From positions 1-64,000 of IMG/VR virus record IMGVR_UViG_3300042473_001265: DNA of 64,000 nucleotides; one strand, written 5' to 3'. The notes under the pieces were generated by a model. It saw only the letters and a program-made list of their open reading frames with translations. It was not told the origin of the DNA and made no database searches. Below are positions 28,872 through 38,685 of the stretch, one piece after another. Numbering within the stretch: the first letter of the stretch is position 1; each line of letters opens with the position of its first letter. Made by a program: the position numbers and the translations under genes.

Positions 28872-29921
28872 ATGGCTACAGTTCCTTACCTTTTTGCAGG
28901 CCAAGTTGGTCCTATACCACTGAGTGAATTAGATGCAAACTTTGCCAGCTGTAAAGCCAGCACTACTTTGGCCAATACCGTGGCGGATGCTGCACAGGCC
29001 AATATTACCAGCGTTGGTATACTATCTTCTCTTAGCGTCACGGGCAATGTCAACGGCGCAAATCTACGAACCGCTGGACAAGTAAGCGCCACAGGAAATG
29101 TCAGTGGCAACACTTTTGTTGGGAATGTAAATTTTGGCGCCGGTATAGTAAGTGGCACTGGAAATATCAGCGGTGGCAATTTATTCATAGCCGGCGACGG
29201 ATTGATCATTGGAGATTTGGTAGTGCAAGGCACCACCACTTCACAAAATTCAAACACAATTACTACAAATGATTTAACTATCACAGTTGGTAACAATCAA
29301 AGCACTGGGTCAGCATTGAACAATGGCGGGTTACTAGTTGGTTCTAGTAACATAGCCAAATGGCAATTTAATAATTTGACCACCAGTTGGCAAAGTAATA
29401 TTGCAATTACTCCCACAGCCAATGGCACACTAAGTTTAGGTGGTACTAGTAACTATTGGGGATCAGCATATATTGCCAATGCTTTTCTTACAGGGGGTAT
29501 TGTTGCAGTGGGCACTGTCACCGGTGGCGGCTTCTCAACTGGAAGTACCGTGGTGGCCACTGGCAATATCACTGGTGGCAATATCCGTACTGGTGGACAA
29601 GTAAGCGCCACAGGAAATGTCAGCGCTGCATCAATCACTGCAACAGGAAGCATTACTGCTGCAAATATTGTCTCAGTGGGGCCAGTTACAGCTTCTGCTT
29701 TCAACGGGTCTGGATCCGGACTAACTGGCATTGCTGCCGGTTTAATTGTGGGCAATTGCGGAAATGCATTGGTTGCAAACAGTGTAAGTGCTGGCGGCTT
29801 TACCATCAATGAGTCTAGTGGAATTTTATATTTCAGCTATAACAACACTACCATTGCTACCTTGGACAGCGCCGGAAACTTCACAGCCAAAGGCAATGTC
29901 ACTGCATTTGGATCAATATAA
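28872..29921 (+). CDS. Tail fibre-like protein
   Basis: IPLSELDANF; AAQANITSVG and SATGNV repeats; C-terminal GNFTAKGNVTAF. Confidence 0.7.
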   Translation: MATVPYLFAGQVGPIPLSELDANFASCKASTTLANTVADAAQANITSVGILSSLSVTGNVNGANLRTAGQVSATGNVSGNTFVGNVNFGAGIVSGTGNISGGNLFIAGDGLIIGDLVVQGTTTSQNSNTITTNDLTITVGNNQSTGSALNNGGLLVGSSNIAKWQFNNLTTSWQSNIAITPTANGTLSLGGTSNYWGSAYIANAFLTGGIVAVGTVTGGGFSTGSTVVATGNITGGNIRTGGQVSATGNVSAASITATGSITAANIVSVGPVTASAFNGSGSGLTGIAAGLIVGNCGNALVANSVSAGGFTINESSGILYFSYNNTTIATLDSAGNFTAKGNVTAFGSI

Positions 29922-30817
29922 TGACGTTGCCTAGTTCGGGCCCTCTCAGTCTCACTGACATCCAAGCCGAGTTTGGAGGATCAGCCCCTGTTGGTCTTGG
30001 CGAGTATTACAAAGGCGGCATCTATGTGCCCAGTAGTAGTTTTGCACCTAATGTGCCCACATCTGGGCCAATATCAATCAGCAACTTTTACGGTGCCCGT
30101 AAACTTTCACTATACACTTTCACTTATACTACCGACATCACAATCACTCTACCACTGACGTTTGCCGGAAACATTGTTGTTACTGATATGCTCGGAGGTG
30201 GTGGCGGAGGTGGCGGAAATGACGCTGCTAGAAATGGCTATCCCGGATCTCCTGGTCGAATTATTGCAGGAAATGTAACCGGTGCTGCAGGAGGAGATAC
30301 TGTGATTATTTCCATTGGTGGCGGAGGTGGAGGAGGCTTAAATGGCGGCGGTCGACCTGGCGGCGGCGGCGGGTCTTCATCTGTTGGTTATAATGGAGGC
30401 GTTGGTGGAAGTTCCGGAGCCGGAGGTAGTTCCGGATCAGGTGGTGGCGGTGGGGGCGCAACAGTGTTACAGGTCAACGGAGTTTCCAAAGCTGTGGCCA
30501 ATGGTGGCGGTGGTGGTGGAGGTGCCGGGGTACAATCTGACGGAAGAGCCAATGGCGTAATTGGCCAGGCTGGCACAGTCAACGGCGGCAACGGCACTAA
30601 CAAATCTGGTGACGGTGGTGGTGGTGGCGGTGGTGGTGGCGGTTATAATGGCGGTCTAGGCGGAGACGTGGTTGCCGGCGATAATGGCGCATATTCTGGG
30701 GAAAACGGTAATAGCTTGGTTCCACTCGGTGGTACACAAATTCCAGGCACAAATGGCGGTGGCGCCAATGGCGGCGCTGGCACTGCTGGGCGCATAACAA
30801 TCAGCTACTACGCTTAA
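29921..30817 (+). CDS. Glycine-rich tail tip/adhesin-like protein
   Basis: MTLPSSGPLSL..I..EFGG N-terminus followed by many GGGGGG tracts. Confidence 0.7.
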   Translation: MTLPSSGPLSLTDIQAEFGGSAPVGLGEYYKGGIYVPSSSFAPNVPTSGPISISNFYGARKLSLYTFTYTTDITITLPLTFAGNIVVTDMLGGGGGGGGNDAARNGYPGSPGRIIAGNVTGAAGGDTVIISIGGGGGGGLNGGGRPGGGGGSSSVGYNGGVGGSSGAGGSSGSGGGGGGATVLQVNGVSKAVANGGGGGGGAGVQSDGRANGVIGQAGTVNGGNGTNKSGDGGGGGGGGGGYNGGLGGDVVAGDNGAYSGENGNSLVPLGGTQIPGTNGGGANGGAGTAGRITISYYA

Positions 30818-30881
30818 AATTCAGTATTTTTTAAGCAGAATACAGTTTTGATAAATATTTAAAGATAACTTAGGACATATT

Positions 30882-31790
30882 ATGACCAGTGCAATTAACC
30901 CAAACAACATCGACGGCGCTTACCCAGTTGCCGGGCAAGATAACAATTCGCAAGGTTTTCGTGATAACTTCACAAATACCAAAACCAATTTCCAGTATGC
31001 TGCTGATGAAATCAACGACCTGCAAAGCAAAGTTGTGTTAAAAGCAGCACTCACAGGAACTGTGCTGGACAACAACATGAACGGATCCTTGTTGAGCAAT
31101 GCTCAGATACAAGATTTTTCCCAAACACGGGCAGCGTTGGGAACACTCACCGGTTCAGTTGGCGTCAACTATGCCAACGGACACTATCAAACTGTGACAA
31201 CTGGTGGCAGCATCAGTTTGGCATTCAGTAATTTTTCAGCAGCAGGCACACTGAGCTTTGTGATTGTGCGAGTTACTGTGTCCAGTACAGCACACACTCT
31301 AACATTACCAGCAGCAGTGGGCACAGGATCTTCTGCTGCCAGCGTTTCAGGTATCCAAGGTATTGCAAGCAATGTCATTACTTTTACCGAAACAGGCACA
31401 TACGAATTCCAATTCCATACTGAAGATGGCGGTTCAACTGTTTACCTAAGTGAACTGACTCGTCCACGCAATAGATTCGTCAATCCATTGTTTGTGTCGT
31501 CCAGTGAAGATTTAGCTGCATCGGCCGCGGCCAGTTTGACCCTTGCCACCAGCTATTTTACAACCAGTGCTGCTGAAACAGCCACACTGGCCGCTGGCGT
31601 TGATGGACAGATCAAAACTTTTGCCATGGTTGCTGACGGTGGCGACATGGTGATCACAGTGACCAATGCTGGATGGAAAACATCTGGCACTGGAACAATT
31701 ACCTTTTCTGCAATTGGCCAAGCATGTACCTTACAGTACATTGCCAGCAAATGGTTCTGCACCGGAAACAACGGCCCTGTATTTGCTTAA
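30882..31790 (+). CDS. Virion structural protein
   Basis: YPVAGQDNNSQGFRDNF; TAAATA at 30852. Confidence 0.65.
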   Translation: MTSAINPNNIDGAYPVAGQDNNSQGFRDNFTNTKTNFQYAADEINDLQSKVVLKAALTGTVLDNNMNGSLLSNAQIQDFSQTRAALGTLTGSVGVNYANGHYQTVTTGGSISLAFSNFSAAGTLSFVIVRVTVSSTAHTLTLPAAVGTGSSAASVSGIQGIASNVITFTETGTYEFQFHTEDGGSTVYLSELTRPRNRFVNPLFVSSSEDLAASAAASLTLATSYFTTSAAETATLAAGVDGQIKTFAMVADGGDMVITVTNAGWKTSGTGTITFSAIGQACTLQYIASKWFCTGNNGPVFA

Positions 31791-31834
31791 CCAAACAGGT
31801 TGACTTTACGGTTAACCTGCTGTATAATTAATGC

Positions 31835-32077
31835 ATGGAACATCCGTTGGTAGGCAGTGTAGACTCGTTGACCATTGACGAGCTAGGCTCAAAAATATCA
31901 GAACTCAATAAGAAAATGGGCATTGCTCGACGATTGGGCAATAACGATCTTTGCCGTCAGATTCAAATGGCCATTGAAACACATCAAAACAAGTATGCAG
32001 AAAAAGCTGCTGCACTCTTTAACAAATCTCAAGACGGCAAAGATACAAACTTTGACCAAATAATAGACATATCATGA
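31835..32077 (+). CDS. Hypothetical protein, leaderless
   Basis: TTGACT(31800)-17-TATAAT, then 6 nt, then ATG. Confidence 0.65.
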   Translation: MEHPLVGSVDSLTIDELGSKISELNKKMGIARRLGNNDLCRQIQMAIETHQNKYAEKAAALFNKSQDGKDTNFDQIIDIS

Positions 32078-32685
32078 ATGTAAGATTACAATACGAAGTT
32101 GACTTTACCGCTGGCTTTTTCTTCAATGACATGTTGAGGATGAATAACTACAAGATCCGTTTATGGATGATGACTGCTACCACAGATAGCGAAAGTCATA
32201 ATATCGCATTTGATCGTATCAAATACTTTATTGGACAGTCGTTGGATTCTGGTGTGTTTATCAACAAAGACAATCAAGAACAATGTAAACTGCTGGCCAC
32301 GGCCGGTGTTAAGATCATCACACTGCCCGATGAACCAGTTGACCAGCTGGTTGGCATTATGTTATACTGTAAACTAAATGCAATCTGCGAAGATAGAATG
32401 ATCATTGGTGAAGTAGAAGTACGCAGTGAGCTGGGCGGCGAAGTTACTTACATGCATGGCGAGGACGAACCCATTGGACCATACGATCAAGCTGGTTGGT
32501 GGAACGATGCTAATTTGATTCATTACCATAGTAAAATAACAGAAACTGAAAACATTGTAAGCCTCAGCACCATTGCATCTTGGAGAGAATTAGATCTGCA
32601 TTGGCCCGAAGACGAAATTGACAATTCTCAGAACACCGGCAACACCATAGTGTTTGGTAATTTTGGTAAAGATAACACAAACTGA
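32074..32685 (+). CDS. Hypothetical protein
   Basis: ATGA overlap; long ORF. Confidence 0.7.
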   Translation: MNVRLQYEVDFTAGFFFNDMLRMNNYKIRLWMMTATTDSESHNIAFDRIKYFIGQSLDSGVFINKDNQEQCKLLATAGVKIITLPDEPVDQLVGIMLYCKLNAICEDRMIIGEVEVRSELGGEVTYMHGEDEPIGPYDQAGWWNDANLIHYHSKITETENIVSLSTIASWRELDLHWPEDEIDNSQNTGNTIVFGNFGKDNTN

Positions 32686-33184
32686 ATTTGGACAGTTGAT
32701 ATTCAATCAGGCAGATATTTGTGATCTTTTAATGAAGGGTCATCAACCTGCTGACCTGTCAGGCATGATAGTGGATTCCAGCGTGGCATTGGATGTCATG
32801 AACAATTTATTGGATCCTGCGCCGGAGTTTTATCAACAACACAATCACAATTGCTCAGTTGAACAATGGCATCGGCAACAACAGAGTGTATGGCACATGC
32901 CCGAACAGTATCAAACAATGGATATTGCCGCACATGTGTTATCGCTATGCACAACAGAAGAAGAATTACAACGCTGTGGGCACGAACTGCTGTTGTATCA
33001 AGAACGCAATCTTTTTGATCTGTTGCGGTATATGGTGTACATGGTAGATGTCATGACTGAACACAAGATCATTTGGGGTGTGGGGCGCGGATCAAGTGTG
33101 GCAAGTTATGTTCTTTACAAATTAAAAGTACACCGGATCAACAGCATGTATTATAAATTAGATGTAGAAGAATTTCTGCGTTAA
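32654..33184 (+). CDS. DNA polymerase III alpha (DnaE)-like fragment
   Basis: RC..EL.L......LL.Y..Y.VD......I.WGVGRGSSVASYVLY.L.V..I......L..E.FL; start uncertain. Confidence 0.8.
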   Translation: MVILVKITQTEFGQLIFNQADICDLLMKGHQPADLSGMIVDSSVALDVMNNLLDPAPEFYQQHNHNCSVEQWHRQQQSVWHMPEQYQTMDIAAHVLSLCTTEEELQRCGHELLLYQERNLFDLLRYMVYMVDVMTEHKIIWGVGRGSSVASYVLYKLKVHRINSMYYKLDVEEFLR

Positions 33185-33211
33185 ATAGCTGTATATTTCA
33201 AGGGGATAAAC

Positions 33212-33820
33212 ATGGCAACAAAAGTATATAAATCAGCAATGGGTCGAGTGGTTGACATGGGCGCATTGATGTTGGAAAACGAAAACACTCGAGCAGTAGG
33301 CAACATGAATGTCAACGCCCGTGGCGATGTGCTGGACAGTGGCAATCGTGTAGTGGAAACCAAAAACAGACAGGTTGCCAAACATTATCAACGACAAGTG
33401 GCTGCTCCGGCCAATCATTTGCCAACCACCAGCACCATCGCTGCTAAAAAACAACAAAGTCAAAAAAAAGCTGCCAAAGAAAAAGTTGCAAAAGACACAC
33501 CCGCACCTGTCAAACCTCGTGCTGTGAAAGTTGTCAACGAATCTGTGTTAGATGCGTACAACGATGAACGATTGGTTTCCAACTATGACAAGATGCAAGC
33601 AGGTGAGGATGCGCCAGATATTGAATCAATGGACGAATTGACTGAGTTTGAAGCTGCTATTCCTGAACTGACAGAGGACCCTGTAGTGGTGCCGGAAAAA
33701 GTTGCGGTTCCCCGCGGAGGACTGGCAGCGGCCATAGCACGAACACAGTCAGTCAAACAAGAATTAATGAAAACCCCACGCCAGCTTGCTCAAAACAAGC
33801 CTGGTGTTAATAAAATTTAA
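33212..33820 (+). CDS. Hypothetical protein
   Basis: YKSAMGRVVDMGAL...AVGNMNVNARGD; TAAATA at 33182. Confidence 0.7.
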   Translation: MATKVYKSAMGRVVDMGALMLENENTRAVGNMNVNARGDVLDSGNRVVETKNRQVAKHYQRQVAAPANHLPTTSTIAAKKQQSQKKAAKEKVAKDTPAPVKPRAVKVVNESVLDAYNDERLVSNYDKMQAGEDAPDIESMDELTEFEAAIPELTEDPVVVPEKVAVPRGGLAAAIARTQSVKQELMKTPRQLAQNKPGVNKI

Positions 33821-33822
33821 AT

Positions 33823-34224
33823 ATGAATCAACTTAAAAAAACAGCCTACGGGCACTATGAACTCACAGCAGCCAATGTAAAACCTCTTAGAGATTTTGTT
33901 ATTGTAGCTGACATGGATTTCTCAGAACGCAAACTATCATCTGGTCTAGTACTGTTAAATGACAATGGCACTGGATTAGGTATTCGTCCACGGTGGGGCA
34001 AGGTCTGGGCAGTAGGTCCGCAACAACAGGATGTCAAGCCCGGAGACTGGATTTGTGTGGCACACGGTCGTTGGACTCGCGGTATTGACATCGAAGACAA
34101 CGGCGTTAAAACCAGTATTCGCCGAGTTGACACTGACGACATTTTACTGGTGTCGGATGAAAAGCCCGATGACGATACCATGAGCACTGCGGAACATGTG
34201 GAATCCAAACACAGATTTGGGTGA
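33823..34224 (+). CDS. GroES-like co-chaperonin
   Basis: KPLRDFVIV...SSGLVL...GKVWAVGP...DVKPGD...DILLV. Confidence 0.8.
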   Translation: MNQLKKTAYGHYELTAANVKPLRDFVIVADMDFSERKLSSGLVLLNDNGTGLGIRPRWGKVWAVGPQQQDVKPGDWICVAHGRWTRGIDIEDNGVKTSIRRVDTDDILLVSDEKPDDDTMSTAEHVESKHRFG

Positions 34225-34226
34225 AC

Positions 34227-34703
34227 ATGATTTTTAATCACATCAAACAGCTCAAGGCCGATGGCAAAAAGATTGGCATCACCTTTTCCACCTTTGACAT
34301 GTTGCATGCAGGCCACATTGCCATGCTGTCAGAAGCCAAGAATCACTGTGACTATTTGATATGTGGCTTGCAAACTGATCCCACAATTGATCGACCTGGC
34401 ACCAAAAATGCACCCATACAAAGCATTGTGGAACGACAGATACAATTGAGTGCATGCCGCTATGTGGATGAAGTTGTAGTGTATCAAACTGAACGAGATC
34501 TTGTGGACCTGCTGTTGATTCTTCCTGTAGATGTGCGTATTCTCGGTGTCGAATACGAAGAAAAGGATTTTACTGGTCGAGATCAAGGTGCCATGCGAGG
34601 AATTGAACTGGTATTCAACGGACGAGATCATTCATTCTCCAGTTCAAGCCTGCGCAGGCGTGTGGTGGCTGCCGAAAATGAAAAAGTATTGCTGGCAAAA
34701 TAA
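34227..34703 (+). CDS. Cytidylyltransferase, TagD-like
   Basis: TFSTFDMLHAGH, CDYLICGLQTDP, ER, YVDEV, RDHSFSSS. Confidence 0.85.
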   Translation: MIFNHIKQLKADGKKIGITFSTFDMLHAGHIAMLSEAKNHCDYLICGLQTDPTIDRPGTKNAPIQSIVERQIQLSACRYVDEVVVYQTERDLVDLLLILPVDVRILGVEYEEKDFTGRDQGAMRGIELVFNGRDHSFSSSSLRRRVVAAENEKVLLAK

Positions 34704-34729
34704 TTTAATTAACTCAACGGAAAACTCAA

Positions 34730-34999
34730 ATGAATATTGAACAGTCTGCACTGTTTTTGGCATCAAGCATCTTGGTCGGACTTGGCACAATTGTGTTGAT
34801 TATTATGGTGTTGGTCATCAACAACTTATTTGTTAAATTTTGGAAACCTATAGATGTGTCCAAACACATGTTTCCCAATTCGCAAGCACTGGAAAAAGGT
34901 CTAAATTCCAGATTTGCTGACGCCGCAGAACCCACCGCAGCACCCAAAATAGAACCCACAATAGAGCCTGATACACGCACGGCTCGAGCCAAGAAATAA
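34730..34999 (+). CDS. Membrane-anchored hypothetical protein
   Basis: N-terminal TM helix. Confidence 0.6.
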   Translation: MNIEQSALFLASSILVGLGTIVLIIMVLVINNLFVKFWKPIDVSKHMFPNSQALEKGLNSRFADAAEPTAAPKIEPTIEPDTRTARAKK

Positions 35000-35075
35000 C
35001 ACAACCAATGGCGTTGACAACTGGAGGTTGGCCAGTGTATAATATGTTATTAGCATTAAACAAGAAAGAAATCGT

Positions 35076-36002
35076 ATGGCAATAGCCAAACTTTGGGTAG
35101 AAAAATATCGTCCAGACACAGTAGACGGATATGTGTTTGTGGACGATAATCACCGGCAACAAGTGGCAGCTTGGATCCGAGACGGCACCATTCCGCATTT
35201 AATGTTTTCGGGCGGTCCCGGCACTGGTAAAACTACTTTGGCCAAACTGTTGATCAACGAGTTGGGAATCGATGACTACGATGTCATGTATGCTAACGGT
35301 AGTAAAGAAGCCAGGAAGGTCGAATGGGTAGACAAGCTGATCAGTTTCTGTCAGACAATGCCGTTTGGTGCATTTAAAGTAGTACTAATTGATGAAGCCG
35401 ACTACATGAATCCCAACTCGGTACAACCAGCTCTGCGCAACTTGATGGAAGACTACAGTCACAGTGTGAGATTTATTTTGACCTGTAACTATCCCAACAA
35501 AATTCTCCCACCGATACACAGTCGTTGTCAGCATATTGCTATTCCCAAAACAGATCATACAGAATTCACAGCAAGAGCAGCCACTGTGTTGGTAACAGAA
35601 GGCATTGAATTTGACATTGATACCTTAGACAGCTATGTGAAGGCAACCTATCCAGACCTGCGCAAGTGCTTGAACTTGACACAGCAAAACAGTCAGTCTG
35701 GCGTATTGTTGGCACCCAATGCCAACGATCGTGCAGTGGGTGATTGGAAGCTGGATTGTGTGGACATGTTCAAGCGTGGCAAAATCCGCGAAGCTAGAAC
35801 CTTGTTGTGTCAGCAAAGCACTCCAGAAGAAGCAGATGTTACTTTCCGTTGGATGTATGACAATCTTGATCTGTGGAGTAAAGACGTGGAAAAGCAAGAC
35901 CAAGCAATTATTATTATTCGCAATGGCATAGCAAATATTCCGCTGGTGGCAGATCAAGAAATCAATCTAAGTGCAACAATTTGTGAACTGGCAAGACTAT
36001 GA
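35076..36002 (+). CDS. Clamp loader ATPase subunit (RFC/gp44-like)
   Basis: LWVEKYRP, GGPGTGKTT, LIDEAD, SRC, DLRK. Confidence 0.9.
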   Translation: MAIAKLWVEKYRPDTVDGYVFVDDNHRQQVAAWIRDGTIPHLMFSGGPGTGKTTLAKLLINELGIDDYDVMYANGSKEARKVEWVDKLISFCQTMPFGAFKVVLIDEADYMNPNSVQPALRNLMEDYSHSVRFILTCNYPNKILPPIHSRCQHIAIPKTDHTEFTARAATVLVTEGIEFDIDTLDSYVKATYPDLRKCLNLTQQNSQSGVLLAPNANDRAVGDWKLDCVDMFKRGKIREARTLLCQQSTPEEADVTFRWMYDNLDLWSKDVEKQDQAIIIIRNGIANIPLVADQEINLSATICELARL

Positions 36003-36304
36003 GATATCTAACACTGACTTACTATAAAAAAGCCAATGGTCAAATCGACGAAGTTATGGCTGTTGCTAAAAATTTAAAAACATCAGACTGGCAATTGGCC
36101 AGCGTCATTTTAGATTTCAAACTGCAAAAAGTAGAAAAGTGCAGCATGAATGGCGTACAAGTTCCTAAGGTATGGGACACAGTTGTCAGCTATTACTATC
36201 AACACTACGCCAATATCATTGAACGATTGTTTGAAGAAAACGGACATCCAATTGATATCAAAGTGGATGCTACGGCTGCCCAAAAGCCACTTGACGACAT
36301 GTGA
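35999..36304 (+). CDS. Hypothetical protein
   Basis: ATGA overlap. Confidence 0.65.
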   Translation: MRYLTLTYYKKANGQIDEVMAVAKNLKTSDWQLASVILDFKLQKVEKCSMNGVQVPKVWDTVVSYYYQHYANIIERLFEENGHPIDIKVDATAAQKPLDDM

Positions 36305-36325
36305 ATTTTGTAGTATAATTATGTC

Positions 36326-36958
36326 ATGAAATACAAAAATCTCAACAATGTAGTCCTAATAAAAGCACCTTGCAACAAGGTAATCTTAACAGATGTTGAC
36401 GGCGTGTTGTTGGATTGGGAGTGGGCTTTTAATGTTTGGATGCAAGAACACGGCTTTGAAGAAGTTCCTGGCAGCAAACTCAACTATGATATGTCAGTGC
36501 GCTATGGCATTCCAAAAGAGCAAGTTACCAAATTGATTCGTATCTTTAACGAAAGTGCTGCCATTGGGTTCTTGCCAGCTCTGCGTGATGCCATGTACTA
36601 TGTCAAAAGACTACACGAAGAACACGGATATGTGTTTCACTGTATCACCAGTTTGAGTCTTGATCCCAATGCCGGCAAACTACGCGAAATGAATCTGCAC
36701 AAGTTGTTTGGCAAACAGGCGTTTGAACGAATTGTGTGCTTGGATACCGGTGCAGACAAAGTTGATGCCCTGATGGAATACCAAGACACCGGCTGTTACT
36801 GGATCGAAGACAAACCTGAAAATGCTGTTGTAGGACACAGAGCAGGACTACGCAGCCTCCTGGTAGAACATGGACACAACATGCATTTCTACCACGGAGG
36901 CGTTAGGATAGTCAAAAACTGGAAAGAAATTTACCAGTTGATTACAAGTCAAGAATAA
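36326..36958 (+). CDS. HAD-superfamily nucleotidase
   Basis: ILTDVDGVLLDW, ITS, WIEDKPEN; promoter TTGACG(36291)-17-TATAAT. Confidence 0.8.
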   Translation: MKYKNLNNVVLIKAPCNKVILTDVDGVLLDWEWAFNVWMQEHGFEEVPGSKLNYDMSVRYGIPKEQVTKLIRIFNESAAIGFLPALRDAMYYVKRLHEEHGYVFHCITSLSLDPNAGKLREMNLHKLFGKQAFERIVCLDTGADKVDALMEYQDTGCYWIEDKPENAVVGHRAGLRSLLVEHGHNMHFYHGGVRIVKNWKEIYQLITSQE

Positions 36959-37680
36959 AGTCGTAGCACATTGCCAATAATGGCATGACGCTGAACATCC
37001 CTTGCTTCCAGTGGGCATACTGCAATGCCCTCAACTGCCAGACGGTCTAGCCGTAGACACAGATCCATTAGTCCGTTGTTGCTGCCCGGGCGATCAGTTT
37101 GTTCCACATCACCTGTGACCACAATCTTGCTGCCCACTCCGATACGAGTCATCAGCATTTTCATTTGATTTGGTGTGGCATTCTGCATTTCGTCAGCAAT
37201 GATCCAACTGTGCTTGAATGTTCGCCCACGCATGAACGCTAGCGGTGATATTTCTATCAACTGATTTTCTATCATAGCAGCTATGTCCTGTGCGCGGTAA
37301 GTTTCTCGCAGCACATCTATTAAGGGTCTTGTCCAAGGTTCCATCTTTTGGTTTAGGTCTCCTGGCAAGAATCCGTGTGATTCATCTTCTACACCCACCG
37401 CCGGGCGTGTTAGTACTATGCGTTCGCAAGAGCCTTCCTTAAGGGCTTTGACTGCGGCTTGCATGGCCAAATAGGTTTTGCCGGTGCCCGCAGGCCCAGC
37501 AGTCACTATTATGTGTTGATTTGCATCAAGCAATGCCAACACCAACCGTTCTTGATTTCGTGTTCGCGGAACCAGCGTGATCGCTTTGGGACGATGATAG
37601 TGTCGTTCCTGAGAGAAATCAATGGTGTTTTCTACTTGTGCCATGCGTTTTTGTGCTTTTGCTGATCGTTGTCTGCTCAA
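36949..37680 (-). CDS. phoH: PhoH family ATPase
   Basis: GPAGTGKT, LTRPAV, GFLPGDL..KM.PW, RGRTF, DEMQN, GDVEQTD; likely TTG start at 37680 after GGAG. Confidence 0.93.
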   Translation of the reverse strand: MSRQRSAKAQKRMAQVENTIDFSQERHYHRPKAITLVPRTRNQERLVLALLDANQHIIVTAGPAGTGKTYLAMQAAVKALKEGSCERIVLTRPAVGVEDESHGFLPGDLNQKMEPWTRPLIDVLRETYRAQDIAAMIENQLIEISPLAFMRGRTFKHSWIIADEMQNATPNQMKMLMTRIGVGSKIVVTGDVEQTDRPGSNNGLMDLCLRLDRLAVEGIAVCPLEARDVQRHAIIGNVLRLYS

Positions 37681-37879
37681 AGTGTTTCTCCAAAGTTGAG
37701 GATTTTTAGAATAACAGCAACATGCTGTCACAAGTATTTAGGCATTAACTACAGGAATTCTAGTGGTATTGATATTTGAAATCCACAGCATAAGTATTAG
37801 ACTTGGCTGGTCGTTCACTGTTGACAATTGCTGTGTGTTTTGCTATAATTAACGCATATGATAACAACCGGGATTGACA

Positions 37880-38638
37880 ATGGGCAGTAACGAATATTGG
37901 GCTGGCCGCAACTTAGAAAAGAACCAGGTTCTTCAAGAAACCATTGCTAGGATATTCAGTTTTGAACGAGTAGACGCCGACGGCGGCACTGGAACCAAAG
38001 GTGACATGATCGGCATCAATGGTGACCAACGCACTCACATCAGCGTAAAATATGCTTCGGGCAGCAACACCCAAGTACATCTGCCCACCTTGCACAGTTT
38101 ATCTCAACAATTGGATATGCCACTCAACATCTACCACAAGCTGGATCGTTTTTTGGGTACAAATGATGCAGTGCAATGGGCAGAATGGTCTACTGGATTG
38201 AAACTGTCAACCGACGAAATCAAATACAAACGATTAAACAGTGTCAACATTGCAAATTGGCATGAAGTACCTGCATGGTTCAATGCCAACAGTCGAAAGA
38301 TTGCTGTACTGCTGTTGCAAAGCGTAAAGGAAGAAGAAAAAGCACCGTGGCTTATCTGGGCCAACAAGCGAAAGGGCGGCTTTCAAGCAGTGGATGTAAA
38401 TCAACTGGTGGACTGGATTGTGGAAACTTGCACCTGGGTCACAATGCCGCGGGGCACAGTATTGAGGTGTGCAATGCCCAGCAAAAAAGAAGGAAAGCTG
38501 GGTCGGCCTATCTTTTTTATGCAAATGAAAAATTCTGGTGGCCCACCGGGCGGATATAATCATTGTCCTCAGTTTCATTTGCACAGCAACTGGCCCACAA
38601 AATTTGTTGTGTATCAAGACACTGCCATTCAATTTTGA
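37880..38638 (+). CDS. PD-(D/E)xK restriction-endonuclease-like protein (MspI/HinP1I-like)
   Basis: G..LE, KGD...ISVK...TQVHL, FMQMKNSG....HCPQF; promoter TTGACA(37821)-17-TATAAT. Confidence 0.55.
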   Translation: MGSNEYWAGRNLEKNQVLQETIARIFSFERVDADGGTGTKGDMIGINGDQRTHISVKYASGSNTQVHLPTLHSLSQQLDMPLNIYHKLDRFLGTNDAVQWAEWSTGLKLSTDEIKYKRLNSVNIANWHEVPAWFNANSRKIAVLLLQSVKEEEKAPWLIWANKRKGGFQAVDVNQLVDWIVETCTWVTMPRGTVLRCAMPSKKEGKLGRPIFFMQMKNSGGPPGGYNHCPQFHLHSNWPTKFVVYQDTAIQF

Positions 38639-38685
38639 TACAATAGGTTGGAATTGACGTAAATACAATTTCAACAACATACATT

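Noticed and set aside
30190-30660. GGTGGC/GGCGGT tandem repeats as a possible repeat array or CRISPR
   Set aside because: They encode poly-Gly tracts within a CDS; there is no repeat-spacer structure.
24288-31771. - strand Pro/Val/Leu-rich ORFs opposite the tail genes
   Set aside because: Same shadow effect; no motifs or RBS.
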